This document shows positions 20,005 through 29,384 of a stretch of 64,000 bases of DNA, one piece after another. The translations under genes and the position numbers were made by a program. This stretch comes from a phage: assembly GCA_024790105.1 (NCBI GenBank), contig GCA_024790105.1_3053.1. One strand, given 5' to 3'. The number at the start of each line of letters is the position of its first letter. The first letter of the stretch is position 1. The notes beneath the pieces are model-generated. The model did not search any database. It had not been told where the DNA came from and was given only the letters and a program-made list of their open reading frames with translations.

Positions 20005-21049
20005 CAAATTCATGCCCGTTTATATGAAACGACAAAATTTGGATAGTCCATAGATATGCAACGTTCTTTTATAGTGCTAGGATGAAAATTTAGCGCTTTA
20101 GCTGCTTCTATATAAGACGTATACTTAATACCGTCAACAACCACATATTCAGGAACTTTATGAATAGTAGTCTTAATACTCAAAACAAGAGGATGAGTTT
20201 CGACTTCACTTTCAGTGCAATTTAAATATTCCGCTGCTTTTTTAAAACTTCTAAAAGTTTTATTTTTAAGCTTTATCGATACTTGTTTTTTACTTTTTCG
20301 ACTATTGATATTATTTTGCACATGTTCCTTAGATCTTCTGTTTTTAGCATAATATTCAGCCACAGAAGATTTTATATTGTTTTTATGAGATTCGGATAAC
20401 ACTTTACCCTTATGAGCATCTCTTAATTTTTGAATATGTTCTTCAGTATCCGGATGCTTATAAAACTTTTTACCGCCTATGGATTTATTTAAACATTTTT
20501 TGCTATAAAAATATTTACGTATGACCTCTTCTTCATGTTTTAATGCATCTTTATAACTATCAAATGTTTTTAAAATTATCCATTTAGTAGGTGTATCAGT
20601 TTTTAAGCGTTCATTTATATACTTAGATGACGTTGTGTAAGTTTTCCAGTTTGTGGGCTTGTTTTTAACTGTTCTAAATTTTTTATAACCGATATAAATG
20701 TCGCCATTAGAAAACTTAACTAAGTATGTAAATGCGTCTTTATCTTTTATTTTAGTACAACGTCTTTTTATCCATTTCATTGTTTCACCTCGTATTCATA
20801 AGATAATCTTATTTATACAAGATGACTGCTGCATGTCGCCATGCAGATTAGACTATATCTTCATCTTTCGATGCCGGCCGTTTCGAATAGCATTAGCTTC
20901 TATTCTACACCGCTACATTCATCACGGTTAGTCGTTAGGCATTTAGTTCAAAAGAACATTTAGCACGGGATTGTCTACTAGAGAGGTTCCCCGTTTAGAC
21001 CGGTTTTACATGAGCCTGAATTAAATTAACTCATACGCCTGGAATGCAT
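20005..21049 (-). mobile_element. Group I self-splicing intron in nrdD (approximate boundaries) carrying a homing endonuclease ORF
   Basis: NrdD reading frame is split into 181-aa and 443-aa pieces separated by about 1 kb containing a GIY-YIG ORF and a GC-rich structured segment at 20780-21020; matches T4 nrdD intron arrangement. Confidence 0.75.
20010..20780 (-). CDS. Intron-encoded GIY-YIG homing endonuclease (I-TevII-like)
   Basis: 256 aa; N-terminal GDIYIGY motif; inside nrdD intron; TATAAATA late promoter on minus strand at 20810-20817. Confidence 0.8.
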   Translation of the reverse strand: MKWIKRRCTKIKDKDAFTYLVKFSNGDIYIGYKKFRTVKNKPTNWKTYTTSSKYINERLKTDTPTKWIILKTFDSYKDALKHEEEVIRKYFYSKKCLNKSIGGKKFYKHPDTEEHIQKLRDAHKGKVLSESHKNNIKSSVAEYYAKNRRSKEHVQNNINSRKSKKQVSIKLKNKTFRSFKKAAEYLNCTESEVETHPLVLSIKTTIHKVPEYVVVDGIKYTSYIEAAKALNFHPSTIKERCISMDYPNFVVSYKRA

Positions 21050-21566
21050 CGTATACGTCTTTTTCTGTTTTAGATTGAGCATAATTCAACGCATCAGCGA
21101 TTTGCCATTTTTCTGCATCTTCAATATGTTTTGCATAGGTGCGTTTAACATAAGGAGAAAGTACTTTATCTACATTAGCAAAAGTCGTTCCGCCGTATTG
21201 GTGAGAAGCAACCTGTGCAGTAATTTGCGCCATAATTGCAGTAGCAACGCCAATTGATTTAGGAGTTTCAATCTGCGCATTACCAAGCTTAAATCCGTTC
21301 TCAAGCATTCCTTTTAAATCTACTAAACAGCAATTAGTAAAAGGAAGAGCAGGGGAATAATCAATATCGTGCACGTGAATAATTCCGCTTTCATGCGCTT
21401 TCATAATAAAAGACGGGACCATATTTTTGGCAATGTGTTTAGACACAATACCAGCCATAAGGTCCCGTTGAGTTGGAAAAACACGAGAATCTTTATTAGC
21501 ATTCTCGTTTAAAAGGTCTTTATTAGTTTTATGAATCAATCCTTCAATTTCTTTTTCAATTGTCAT
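21050..21566 (-). CDS. nrdD: Anaerobic ribonucleotide reductase NrdD, exon 1 (approximate 3' boundary)
   Basis: N-terminal NrdD segment; ORF runs into the intron until stop at 21021. Confidence 0.8.
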
Positions 21567-22036
21567 TTTAAACTCTTTCTAAGCTGCTTCTTGAATGAAG
21601 CTATTAATTGTGTTTTGGTGTCAGATTCATTATATTCAAATCCTCTTTGAAGCATCTCGGCCATCATTTCCTCTTTTCCTAAACGAGAAAATTCCTTTGA
21701 TTTATCTCCAACAAAGTTAGGGTGAATATTATTTTGGGTGTAATCGGATTTTAAATAAGTAAGTAAATTTTCTAACCATTCAAGATAATCAACACCTTGT
21801 CCCTTTAAGCCAGAACGATTAAATTTATGCTTCATTTGACCTTCTGCGGCATTGCATAGATTACAAAGCAATCCACGTACCTTTCCTGCTTTTGGTCCAT
21901 TTAATTCATGGTCATGATCAAGATGATTAGCTTGAACATCAGGATTTAGTTCTCGTTGGCAAATTAAGCATTTACCATTTTGTGCATCATAAAATTTCTG
22001 TTTTTCTTCTTTATATAATTTGCCAGTCAATAACAT
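21563..22036 (-). CDS. 49: Endonuclease VII (Holliday junction resolvase) gp49
   Basis: 157 aa, T4 length; zinc-binding C-x2-C ... C-x2-C and HNH-like core. Confidence 0.9.
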   Translation of the reverse strand: MLLTGKLYKEEKQKFYDAQNGKCLICQRELNPDVQANHLDHDHELNGPKAGKVRGLLCNLCNAAEGQMKHKFNRSGLKGQGVDYLEWLENLLTYLKSDYTQNNIHPNFVGDKSKEFSRLGKEEMMAEMLQRGFEYNESDTKTQLIASFKKQLRKSLK

Positions 22037-22077
22037 AATAAACCCTTACCTTAAATAGATAAGGGTATTTATTATTT

Positions 22078-22581
22078 TCAAGTATTGTAAAACATTTGAT
22101 TCAATCGCTTATATTGCCGAATCTTTTGGTCAGAAAAAGAAATTTGAGTTTCAAGCCATTCAATATATTCTGCCGCAGCTTGCATCAGGTTACCTTCATA
22201 GCCATCGTTATTTTCTTGTGCAGCTAATTTAGCTAATGCGTATGAAATACGTTCACCTTGAAAAGCGGCTTTAGGTATTTGAACATCTTGACTAGTTCTC
22301 TCTACAACTTCTTCAATTTCGCCATTTTCGACTGATTCAGTATTCCACAAGCACCAATACGTAATTGGCTTATCGTAGATGTTAATAATCTTTCCGTCGG
22401 AAAGTTCAATTTCAATAATTCCAGTATCAGGTTCTATATCATCTTCACATTCTTTTGCAAGTTCACGAACTTTAAAGACAGTACCTGCGCTAAGTTCCGG
22501 CCAGTAATTACATAGCCCTGTATCAGCACGATTAATTCTAAACCACTTATCTACTGTAATCATGTCCCATCTCCATATCAA
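22078..22581 (-). CDS. Hypothetical protein (49.x / pin region)
   Basis: 167-aa acidic ORF; identity not resolvable without search. Confidence 0.4.
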   Translation of the reverse strand: MIWRWDMITVDKWFRINRADTGLCNYWPELSAGTVFKVRELAKECEDDIEPDTGIIEIELSDGKIINIYDKPITYWCLWNTESVENGEIEEVVERTSQDVQIPKAAFQGERISYALAKLAAQENNDGYEGNLMQAAAEYIEWLETQISFSDQKIRQYKRLNQMFYNT

Positions 22582-22685
22582 TTAAGTCATTTATTGTAGG
22601 TTCATTATATACTGTTTCTTCATCAGTGTAAACCGGTTCTTCCGGCTCTGGCTCTACAGTTTCCCATCTAACCGCCCACCAGGGT

Positions 22686-22895
22686 TTAACCCCGAAGCTT
22701 ATTAAGTTCTTCATAATCAATCCAGGATTCTAATCCTGATGGCAAATCAGATTCAATTTCCCAAAGAAGTTCTTCAATTTTCTGAAGACGATCTAATTCT
22801 TCGGCTGGAATAGTAACCATTGACGGAGTTCTTGATACATTAATATCGTAAATCATATTTACCCCAGTTTGACCATGCAATCGCCGTATTTCCAT
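22686..22895 (-). CDS. Hypothetical small protein
   Basis: 69-aa ORF. Confidence 0.35.
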   Translation of the reverse strand: MEIRRLHGQTGVNMIYDINVSRTPSMVTIPAEELDRLQKIEELLWEIESDLPSGLESWIDYEELNKLRG

Positions 22896-23074
22896 TTAGA
22901 AATAGACTTTTCGCCATTAGAATAATAAACTTCGAGTTTAGCACGATTATTTTTAATTTGAATAACCTTGGCTGTCATCAAAGTTCCATACCCATAGTAA
23001 ACTGCAACTTCATCACCTACATATACCGCGCTTCCACGGTAATCATGGATATAGTCAGTTCCTTCGAGCATCAT
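22859..23074 (-). CDS. Hypothetical small protein
   Basis: 71-aa ORF. Confidence 0.35.
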   Translation of the reverse strand: MMLEGTDYIHDYRGSAVYVGDEVAVYYGYGTLMTAKVIQIKNNRAKLEVYYSNGEKSISKWKYGDCMVKLG

Positions 23075-23334
23075 TTAAAGTATTCCCGCAATTGGTCAAA
23101 TCCACCAATATGACTTCCATCAGGAGCAAATACCTGAGGCATTGTCAAGCCGATTTGAGTATCACGACCTAGTTTAGTCAGAAGCTCAGCAATTTTCTCA
23201 TCATCAAAAACACCTTTTTCCGGCATAATGTTGATAAATTCAAATGGCTGTTTCTTCACGGTCAAAAGACGTTTTGCATTATCGCAATACACACATTTAT
23301 GGATGTTGCTATCATAACCATATACTTTAAACAT
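23071..23334 (-). CDS. nrdC: Thioredoxin/glutaredoxin NrdC
   Basis: 87 aa with CVYC active site; matches T4 thioredoxin as recalled. Confidence 0.9.
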   Translation of the reverse strand: MFKVYGYDSNIHKCVYCDNAKRLLTVKKQPFEFINIMPEKGVFDDEKIAELLTKLGRDTQIGLTMPQVFAPDGSHIGGFDQLREYFK

Positions 23335-23335
23335 A

Positions 23336-23578
23336 TTATTCCTTAATTCCTAGTACTTGTTTAAAAGTCTCGTCGTAATCAAGACTTTGGCCCGTTTGTT
23401 CTTTATGTTTGTATATAATATCACTTACTTCTGATAGCATATTTTTATATGAACGAGTTAAAGCAGATTTAAGCACGCTGTATCTATCAGGAAATTTACC
23501 ATGTTCATTATAATACGCTATTGCTAATTCACGGACTGCCTTTTCAGCAGCCTCCATATATTCTTTACGCTTGGTCAT
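23336..23578 (-). CDS. Hypothetical protein
   Basis: 80-aa ORF. Confidence 0.4.
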   Translation of the reverse strand: MTKRKEYMEAAEKAVRELAIAYYNEHGKFPDRYSVLKSALTRSYKNMLSEVSDIIYKHKEQTGQSLDYDETFKQVLGIKE

Positions 23579-23735
23579 TTTTAATCCAAAATATTATTAG
23601 GCATTGGTTGAACACTCACAAGTTCTTTAAAGAACTCAGTAGAGTCAGGCAATTTAACCATTTCCGGAGCATGCTTACTGAATTTATGTTTACATTGACG
23701 GCATTTATATTCAAGCTCTGGTTTACGCCAGTTAA

Positions 23736-24584
23736 TCAATTGAACTTGTTCAGCACCGCATTCAGGGCAATTAGGAACGTTTTTAGAAGCTCTTCAATTT
23801 GCTTATTAAAATAATCAATTTGTTCAGAATGTTTTTCATTACTACGAACTGGTACAGGTTTTGTAGGCAATTTAATTGAACTGGATTCATCCGGGCGATA
23901 AATTAAAATACAACTTGAACCAATAGGGCATTTTGCACTAGATGAATATTCTAATGTTCCGGCTTCTTTTAAAATTTCAAAAGCTAAACAGAGATGATGA
24001 CCCATATTGGCATAATCTGTAGAGTGAGCTCTAACGTAATAATCATCTCCACGAGTGCTAAATTTAAAGCATTTAAGGTCTTCTGTATTATTAGTTTTAA
24101 AAATCATTTGTTTATCTAGACCTTTAGCCAATCGAGCACCTAATGCTAATAATCGTCGTTGATTTTCCCACAAATCCGCAATCATTTGATCGAATGACAA
24201 TTTCGGCATTAGTCGACCATAAAGGTCGTATCCTTTATTATAATTGCGAAGGATTTCACTCGCGTTAATACGAGACAATGCTCCAATTTTATTAAGGGCT
24301 TTCATAATGCGATTAGATAAACTCATTCCAGATCCGTTTGTTCGCTGTAAATGTTTTTCTAATCCAAATCCAATATCAACTTTAAACTTATCTAAAATTT
24401 CGGCATGAACATCTTTATCAATAACATTCAAATCCAAAGTTGGGTTAAATCTATGAAAAAATTTATCTGGCTCTCCACGACGAAGTACAGTCCATTCATT
24501 CATCATTTTCTTATTAACTAAAGATTTAATTACTGCATTGACATTATTAATTACTACTGACATATTTTCCTCACTCAATTTCAA
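23736..24584 (-). CDS. Hypothetical protein
   Basis: 282-aa ORF, no motif recognised. Confidence 0.45.
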   Translation of the reverse strand: MKLSEENMSVVINNVNAVIKSLVNKKMMNEWTVLRRGEPDKFFHRFNPTLDLNVIDKDVHAEILDKFKVDIGFGLEKHLQRTNGSGMSLSNRIMKALNKIGALSRINASEILRNYNKGYDLYGRLMPKLSFDQMIADLWENQRRLLALGARLAKGLDKQMIFKTNNTEDLKCFKFSTRGDDYYVRAHSTDYANMGHHLCLAFEILKEAGTLEYSSSAKCPIGSSCILIYRPDESSSIKLPTKPVPVRSNEKHSEQIDYFNKQIEELLKTFLIALNAVLNKFN

Positions 24585-24978
24585 TTTTACTAAATATACA
24601 GAATAAGATGGAACAGACTATATAAGCACCACACACAGATTGAACTAATACCATTCCAAAGAACCAAACAATATTATCAAACAATGTCTGTTTTACGTCG
24701 AAAGGACGTAAACTTACAGTAATATTATCACCTTTTTCTATTGATGAATACATCTCTGGCGAAATATATTCGCTAAATCTATAACCGTCTTTGAGTTCAT
24801 ATACGGCAATAAACGATAAACTAGATCCCTTTCCTTGTGTTCCTGTAATGGTATTAACTACAGTAACATCATAATCTTTATAATGCATATAATCATTAAT
24901 TGCGTAATAACCATATGCAATTACTATACATAAACAACATATCAATAAATTCAATCTTTTAATTATCAACTGTTTCAT
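24571..24978 (-). CDS. Membrane protein
   Basis: 135 aa; hydrophobic helices at both ends. Confidence 0.45.
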   Translation of the reverse strand: MKQLIIKRLNLLICCLCIVIAYGYYAINDYMHYKDYDVTVVNTITGTQGKGSSLSFIAVYELKDGYRFSEYISPEMYSSIEKGDNITVSLRPFDVKQTLFDNIVWFFGMVLVQSVCGAYIVCSILFCIFSKIEIE

Positions 24979-25033
24979 AATAATCTCAATTAAAAGGGCT
25001 TAGAACCATTATACCATCCTTGGTATAAAGCGG

Positions 25034-25561
25034 TTATGCGAGTACCGTCTTTAACCGTTCTTCAAATTTCCGAAGAGTATTCTGGCGTTCAGCTCTTTGC
25101 TTTTTGTAAGTTTCAATACGCTCTGAAATGAGAGTGTATCGTTCATTTACTGATTCTTTCATAAAATCAGGAATTTCACGAGAAGCTTTAATCTCATCAA
25201 ATTTATCAATAACAGCTTGCTCTTCAGCAATTAAGTTATCATACATCAAAATATCTTTCTTGATGAACTCAATATCTTCTTGAGTTACACGAGATAATTT
25301 AGATGCTTTATCCTTTTTGTACTGCTCATTGGTGTCACGAGACCAGTGTAATGTACGATTTTTATTCGTATTCTTGTAAATTTCTACAATACCAATCTCA
25401 TCGATAATAACGATCCAATTCCAACGAGATTTGTAAATTTGTCCTCCATCAACAGTGATTTCACCTCCGATTGAGATGTCATTAAAGAACTTGCTTTGAG
25501 CTTCAGATTTAAATTTACCATCGTTATAATTTACCAGGTTGAAAATATCTTTAGCGTTCAT
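25034..25561 (-). CDS. Hypothetical protein
   Basis: 175-aa ORF immediately downstream of promoter cassette. Confidence 0.45.
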   Translation of the reverse strand: MNAKDIFNLVNYNDGKFKSEAQSKFFNDISIGGEITVDGGQIYKSRWNWIVIIDEIGIVEIYKNTNKNRTLHWSRDTNEQYKKDKASKLSRVTQEDIEFIKKDILMYDNLIAEEQAVIDKFDEIKASREIPDFMKESVNERYTLISERIETYKKQRAERQNTLRKFEERLKTVLA

Positions 25562-25588
25562 TTTTGTTCCTCCGTAGTTGATAGTTGT

Positions 25589-25618
25589 ATAGTACCACAG
25601 AGGAACGGTCTTGTAAAC
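25589..25618 (-). promoter_or_regulatory. T4 early-type promoter cassette
   Basis: GTTTAC - 18 nt - TGGTACTAT on minus strand. Confidence 0.5.
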
Positions 25619-25620
25619 AA

Positions 25621-25935
25621 CTAAAAGAAACTTCTTTCACAATTTTTTCCACTGAACCAAGCGCTCACTGCTTTCTTAGTCTCAGGAGCCGTGTTATCCA
25701 TAAACCACTCAAAGGCAGCCTTTTTATGATTCTGGAGAGCTTCTCGGGCTTTAATCTGCTCACGGTCTATTAACACTAACATATGAGCCTTTCTTGTCAC
25801 CAGGGGCTTCTTATGATTCTTGGAGTATTCCCAGTCATTTGTCCATCGCATTGTTGTTGCGAATTGAAGCACAGCTTCTTTAATCTTAGTTTCGTAAATT
25901 TCACGAGCCTTTGAGTATAACATCATTACCTCCAT
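25621..25935 (-). CDS. Hypothetical protein
   Basis: 104-aa ORF. Confidence 0.4.
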   Translation of the reverse strand: MEVMMLYSKAREIYETKIKEAVLQFATTMRWTNDWEYSKNHKKPLVTRKAHMLVLIDREQIKAREALQNHKKAAFEWFMDNTAPETKKAVSAWFSGKNCERSFF

Positions 25936-26025
25936 TCACCAGTTTAATTCTAGTCATCTTTTTAATGGCAGTCCATATAATCTATTTCTGAACTGCCTTT
26001 TTGTCTTAGAAGGCCTCTTATGAAT

Positions 26026-27006
26026 TTATTTCAGAAGAGTAACCTCAGCGATTTCTTGCCAACCGTTTTTGTCGGTCATAATAAAGTCAGCAAGATAAAG
26101 TGCAGTACGCAGTGAAACATTGCGTAAACGATTAACATTGACTTTCATCCATGATAATGCTTTATAAGTTTCTTCATCAGAAAGACCGCGCTTTTGCATC
26201 ATGTCAGTTGAAAGAATAACATCTTCAACCCTGACCATAATTTCTTCATTAGTGTGAACACCCAAATCCAAATAAACTGAGCGGGACACTAATGCTTGTA
26301 AATGTGGAGCAAGTTTAGTACCACGGTCTAATTCGCGGTCAATGTCAACGTTTGTGATAAAAACAATCGTTCCTTTAAATTCAAACTCACGCTCAATGCC
26401 TTTTTCTTCTAAGTAAGAAGATGCGGTGCTCCAGCAGACTTTACGGGTCTCTCCAGTGTCCAGAGCAGCTTTTAGAAGATTAAGAATGTCCATATCAGAG
26501 AAAACATCCACATCGTCAATCAAAAGGACAGAATTCTCTTCACGATTATTCCAGAGTTGTTCATAAAGACCGATACCGGAGATTTTACCGTTAATGCTTT
26601 TATATTCAATGTATCCAATATCATTTGCTTTATTTAAAGCTTTATCTAAAGAATACGTTTTACCAATACCCGCCGCACCAGAGATAATTAATGAACGAAT
26701 GTTTCCGTTAATAATACCATTCGTCATCATTCCCATAACATTAAATCTTTTATTAATGCGGGTTTTCATATCTTCATATGATTCTTTAACTTCTTCAACT
26801 TTTACACCATCATATGAAATGTCTGATTTGTAAACCCAAACACCGCGACGCTTACCGTCAATTTCAACAAAAACTTTACCATCTCCTTGTGCATCTACCG
26901 GAGCATTATCTGGGAACCATTCACCTAAGAGCTCAAAAGTTCCAGAGATTTCTTTACCGAAGTAGATACCCTTATTGATAGTTACAGTTTTCATTTTATT
27001 CTCCAA
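26026..27006 (-). CDS. P-loop ATPase of unknown function
   Basis: Walker A GAAGIGKT and Walker B LLIDDVD; N-terminus MENKM fused to the cassette leader. Confidence 0.6.
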   Translation of the reverse strand: MENKMKTVTINKGIYFGKEISGTFELLGEWFPDNAPVDAQGDGKVFVEIDGKRRGVWVYKSDISYDGVKVEEVKESYEDMKTRINKRFNVMGMMTNGIINGNIRSLIISGAAGIGKTYSLDKALNKANDIGYIEYKSINGKISGIGLYEQLWNNREENSVLLIDDVDVFSDMDILNLLKAALDTGETRKVCWSTASSYLEEKGIEREFEFKGTIVFITNVDIDRELDRGTKLAPHLQALVSRSVYLDLGVHTNEEIMVRVEDVILSTDMMQKRGLSDEETYKALSWMKVNVNRLRNVSLRTALYLADFIMTDKNGWQEIAEVTLLK

Positions 27007-27031
27007 ATCTGTATCAGTAGTTGATAGTTGT

Positions 27032-27061
27032 ATAGTACCATAAAGCTTTATGCTTGTAAAC
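27032..27061 (-). promoter_or_regulatory. T4 early-type promoter cassette
   Basis: GTTTAC - 18 nt - TGGTACTAT. Confidence 0.5.
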
Positions 27062-27084
27062 AGTTTTGTGAAAAAATTTTTGAA

Positions 27085-27112
27085 ATAAAAAGGGGGACCT
27101 CTAGGGCCCCCT
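27085..27112 (-). terminator. Stem-loop terminator upstream of promoter cassette
   Basis: AGGGGGCC...GGTCCCCCT hairpin followed by T-tract on minus transcript. Confidence 0.55.
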
Positions 27113-27120
27113 TTATGCTT

Positions 27121-27621
27121 TTATTCCATTTCTATTATATGCATGTTCTTTTTGCTATCAAAATATATGTTTTTAACTGTTAACTCCGAATTAATTGGCA
27201 ATAAAAACTCTCTTTCATAATCTACCATACAAAGGTTATCATAAAGCTTGTTAAGCTTATCATCATCAGTTTGGCCAGATTCTTCAATTGCGATTAAATT
27301 TTCTAAAATGTCAATCATAGCAGTTGAATAGTCAAAAACGTTTGCATTTTTTAACACTACTAAAACATTAGTCATATAGCGTTCTGCAGCAAACGTTTCA
27401 GCTATATGAGACTCACTGCTAAAGGAAGTTATTCTTTTAAATTTGATTCTCCTATTAACTTCAAACTTATGAGATAGTACTTCCTCTATTGTAAGTCCTC
27501 TAAAAAGCACGTCTTTAATCTCAAGTTTGTCTTTAATGTAATCATTAACACGCTTATGATTAAAATCATTAATTTTGTTGCCAAGGCATTTCATTAAAAT
27601 ATGCATTGTGTTTCTCTTCAA
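27121..27621 (-). CDS. Hypothetical protein
   Basis: 166-aa ORF bounded by cassettes on both sides. Confidence 0.45.
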   Translation of the reverse strand: MKRNTMHILMKCLGNKINDFNHKRVNDYIKDKLEIKDVLFRGLTIEEVLSHKFEVNRRIKFKRITSFSSESHIAETFAAERYMTNVLVVLKNANVFDYSTAMIDILENLIAIEESGQTDDDKLNKLYDNLCMVDYEREFLLPINSELTVKNIYFDSKKNMHIIEME

Positions 27622-27653
27622 TTTTTAAAGAACAATTAATTAACTACAAATAT

Positions 27654-27683
27654 ATTATAATATGCTTTATGATAGAAGTAAAC
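27654..27683 (-). promoter_or_regulatory. T4 early-type promoter cassette
   Basis: GTTTAC - 18 nt - TATAAT. Confidence 0.5.
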
Positions 27684-27707
27684 AACTTTGTGAAAAATTT
27701 TTGAAAT

Positions 27708-27731
27708 AAAAAAGGGAGCCCGAAGGCTCCC
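27708..27731 (-). terminator. UUCG-loop stem-loop terminator
   Basis: GGGAGCC-cgaa-GGCTCCC followed by T6 on minus transcript. Confidence 0.55.
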
Positions 27732-27733
27732 TA

Positions 27734-28612
27734 TCATTTATAATAACTTCGGTGGTTTTCAAGATAGACCTTCTCAAGGAAGTCATCCCAGAAACTCATG
27801 TCTACTTTTTGCTGCATACCGTTCTTAGAAGCTTCAGTAGATGCTGCTTCTACTTGATCGACCACATCTTCCAAAAACTCTTGAACTGTTTTAAATGGAT
27901 GTTTACCCAACTTCACGTCGAGAATAAATGGAGCGTCTTGAAGTGGATAAACCAAGTCACCAGTTTTGTAAATTTCCAATAGTTGAAGTCCACCACGACA
28001 AGCATGGCTCAGAGCTTTCCAGTCGATGCCTTCATTGGCTTCGGCCTTACGAGCGCGTTCACCATATTCAGCATTTAATTTGTTCAGTGACTGCTTAAGC
28101 TCAATAAGAGAAAGCGTTGTCTGATATTTACGACCCAACACAGTGTAGAACGTTTGTGGGCCTGTTTTCTCATGATTATGGAACACCCATTCACAGAATT
28201 CGTTTTCTGGAAGACGATGCTTAATATCTTCAACTTTAGTGCGACGCTGCTTAATGGAACCGTCTTCTTGGTAATCAACCCATTGCTCGGGGATTTGATT
28301 AACTACTTTCAATACATCACGTAATGCAGCCAAACGAGAACCCTTGACACCGTATTTAGAAGCTTGCTTGCGGACATATCCTAAATATGATTTCATGTTA
28401 GTCGTATAAAAACGAGAACGGTTGTCTTGAATAAACTTCCACACATCAGGCAAATCAGATTTAACCACTAGTTCAGGTGGAGTGTGAAGCATATCCAATG
28501 CTGCAGTTTCACCATCTGCTGCTAATTTAAAGAAATACTTAAGACTATACAATTCGTGGTCAATATCATCTTTAGTGTTTTTAGATGATGTGTTGTTAGT
28601 GTTTTTACTCAT
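27734..28612 (-). CDS. Hypothetical protein
   Basis: 292-aa ORF, no motif recognised. Confidence 0.45.
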   Translation of the reverse strand: MSKNTNNTSSKNTKDDIDHELYSLKYFFKLAADGETAALDMLHTPPELVVKSDLPDVWKFIQDNRSRFYTTNMKSYLGYVRKQASKYGVKGSRLAALRDVLKVVNQIPEQWVDYQEDGSIKQRRTKVEDIKHRLPENEFCEWVFHNHEKTGPQTFYTVLGRKYQTTLSLIELKQSLNKLNAEYGERARKAEANEGIDWKALSHACRGGLQLLEIYKTGDLVYPLQDAPFILDVKLGKHPFKTVQEFLEDVVDQVEAASTEASKNGMQQKVDMSFWDDFLEKVYLENHRSYYK

Positions 28613-28727
28613 GTGCTCTTTGACGTTTCCGATAAGAATATCGCGAGCAGGAGGAACAAAAATTTCTTTAAAATCTACATCAGATTCTGGGGTAGAAGTT
28701 CCATAAAGATGACTACCAAAATAAGAC

Positions 28728-28916
28728 TTAACTACTCCACCTAATCATTTCAAGATATTGAACTAACTTAGCTTTAGATTTATCCAAATCCTTTTTAGCT
28801 GCTTCTATACCGTCGTATGAATATCCTTCACAATGCTCAACTGCTAATTGATATGAATCTATTTCAATATCACGTGCTAATTTAATGATTTTTTCAAACT
28901 GTTCGCATGTTAGCAT
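28728..28916 (-). CDS. Hypothetical small protein
   Basis: 62-aa ORF. Confidence 0.35.
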   Translation of the reverse strand: MLTCEQFEKIIKLARDIEIDSYQLAVEHCEGYSYDGIEAAKKDLDKSKAKLVQYLEMIRWSS

Positions 28917-28918
28917 AC

Positions 28919-29137
28919 TTAAACTCTCGTATTATGATCGATAATTTCATCAAGAAACATATCTAACGCTTCTAAAGCATTATCAACTTTAGCTTCAAAT
29001 TCTTCAATACCTGATAAGGCAAAGTTAATGCGCTCCTCATCTGCTTTACGAATTAAAGCTACCAATTCCTTAATTTTATCAGCTTGTTCGATACTAATCA
29101 TTATTCCACCACATATGAAAGAGAGAATATTGCACAC
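28919..29137 (-). CDS. Hypothetical small protein
   Basis: 72-aa ORF. Confidence 0.35.
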
Positions 29138-29334
29138 GCCATGTGAGTTGCAACTTCATCACACATATTATAACGTTTCTTAAGAAGTTCTACAAGTTCT
29201 TCACTAGTAACTTCATCCATGTCGACGAAAAAATCACCATTAATGATGACGTAGATATTTCCTTCTTGATTGAGTGCTTCAATTTTCATGATGTTCTCCT
29301 CTTTATCCGATAGTTGTATAGTACCACAGCTCAA
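29101..29334 (-). CDS. Hypothetical small protein
   Basis: 77-aa ORF directly downstream of promoter cassette. Confidence 0.35.
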
Positions 29335-29347
29335 ACGGAAAGTAAAC
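29318..29347 (-). promoter_or_regulatory. T4 early-type promoter cassette
   Basis: GTTTAC - 18 nt - TGGTACTAT. Confidence 0.5.
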
Positions 29348-29358
29348 CGGTAAAATGA

Positions 29359-29379
29359 AAAAAGTCTCCCGAAGGAGAC
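29359..29379 (-). terminator. UUCG-loop stem-loop terminator
   Basis: GTCTCC-cgaa-GGAGAC followed by T5 on minus transcript. Confidence 0.55.
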
Positions 29380-29384
29380 TAATG

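Noticed and set aside
21021-21566. 181-aa ORF as a stand-alone gene
   Set aside because: It is the N-terminal exon of nrdD reading through into intron sequence until the first stop; it is not an independent protein.
22078-22581. Assignment of the 167-aa ORF as the Lon protease inhibitor Pin
   Set aside because: Only the approximate map position supports it; I cannot recall the T4 Pin sequence well enough to confirm, so it is left as hypothetical.
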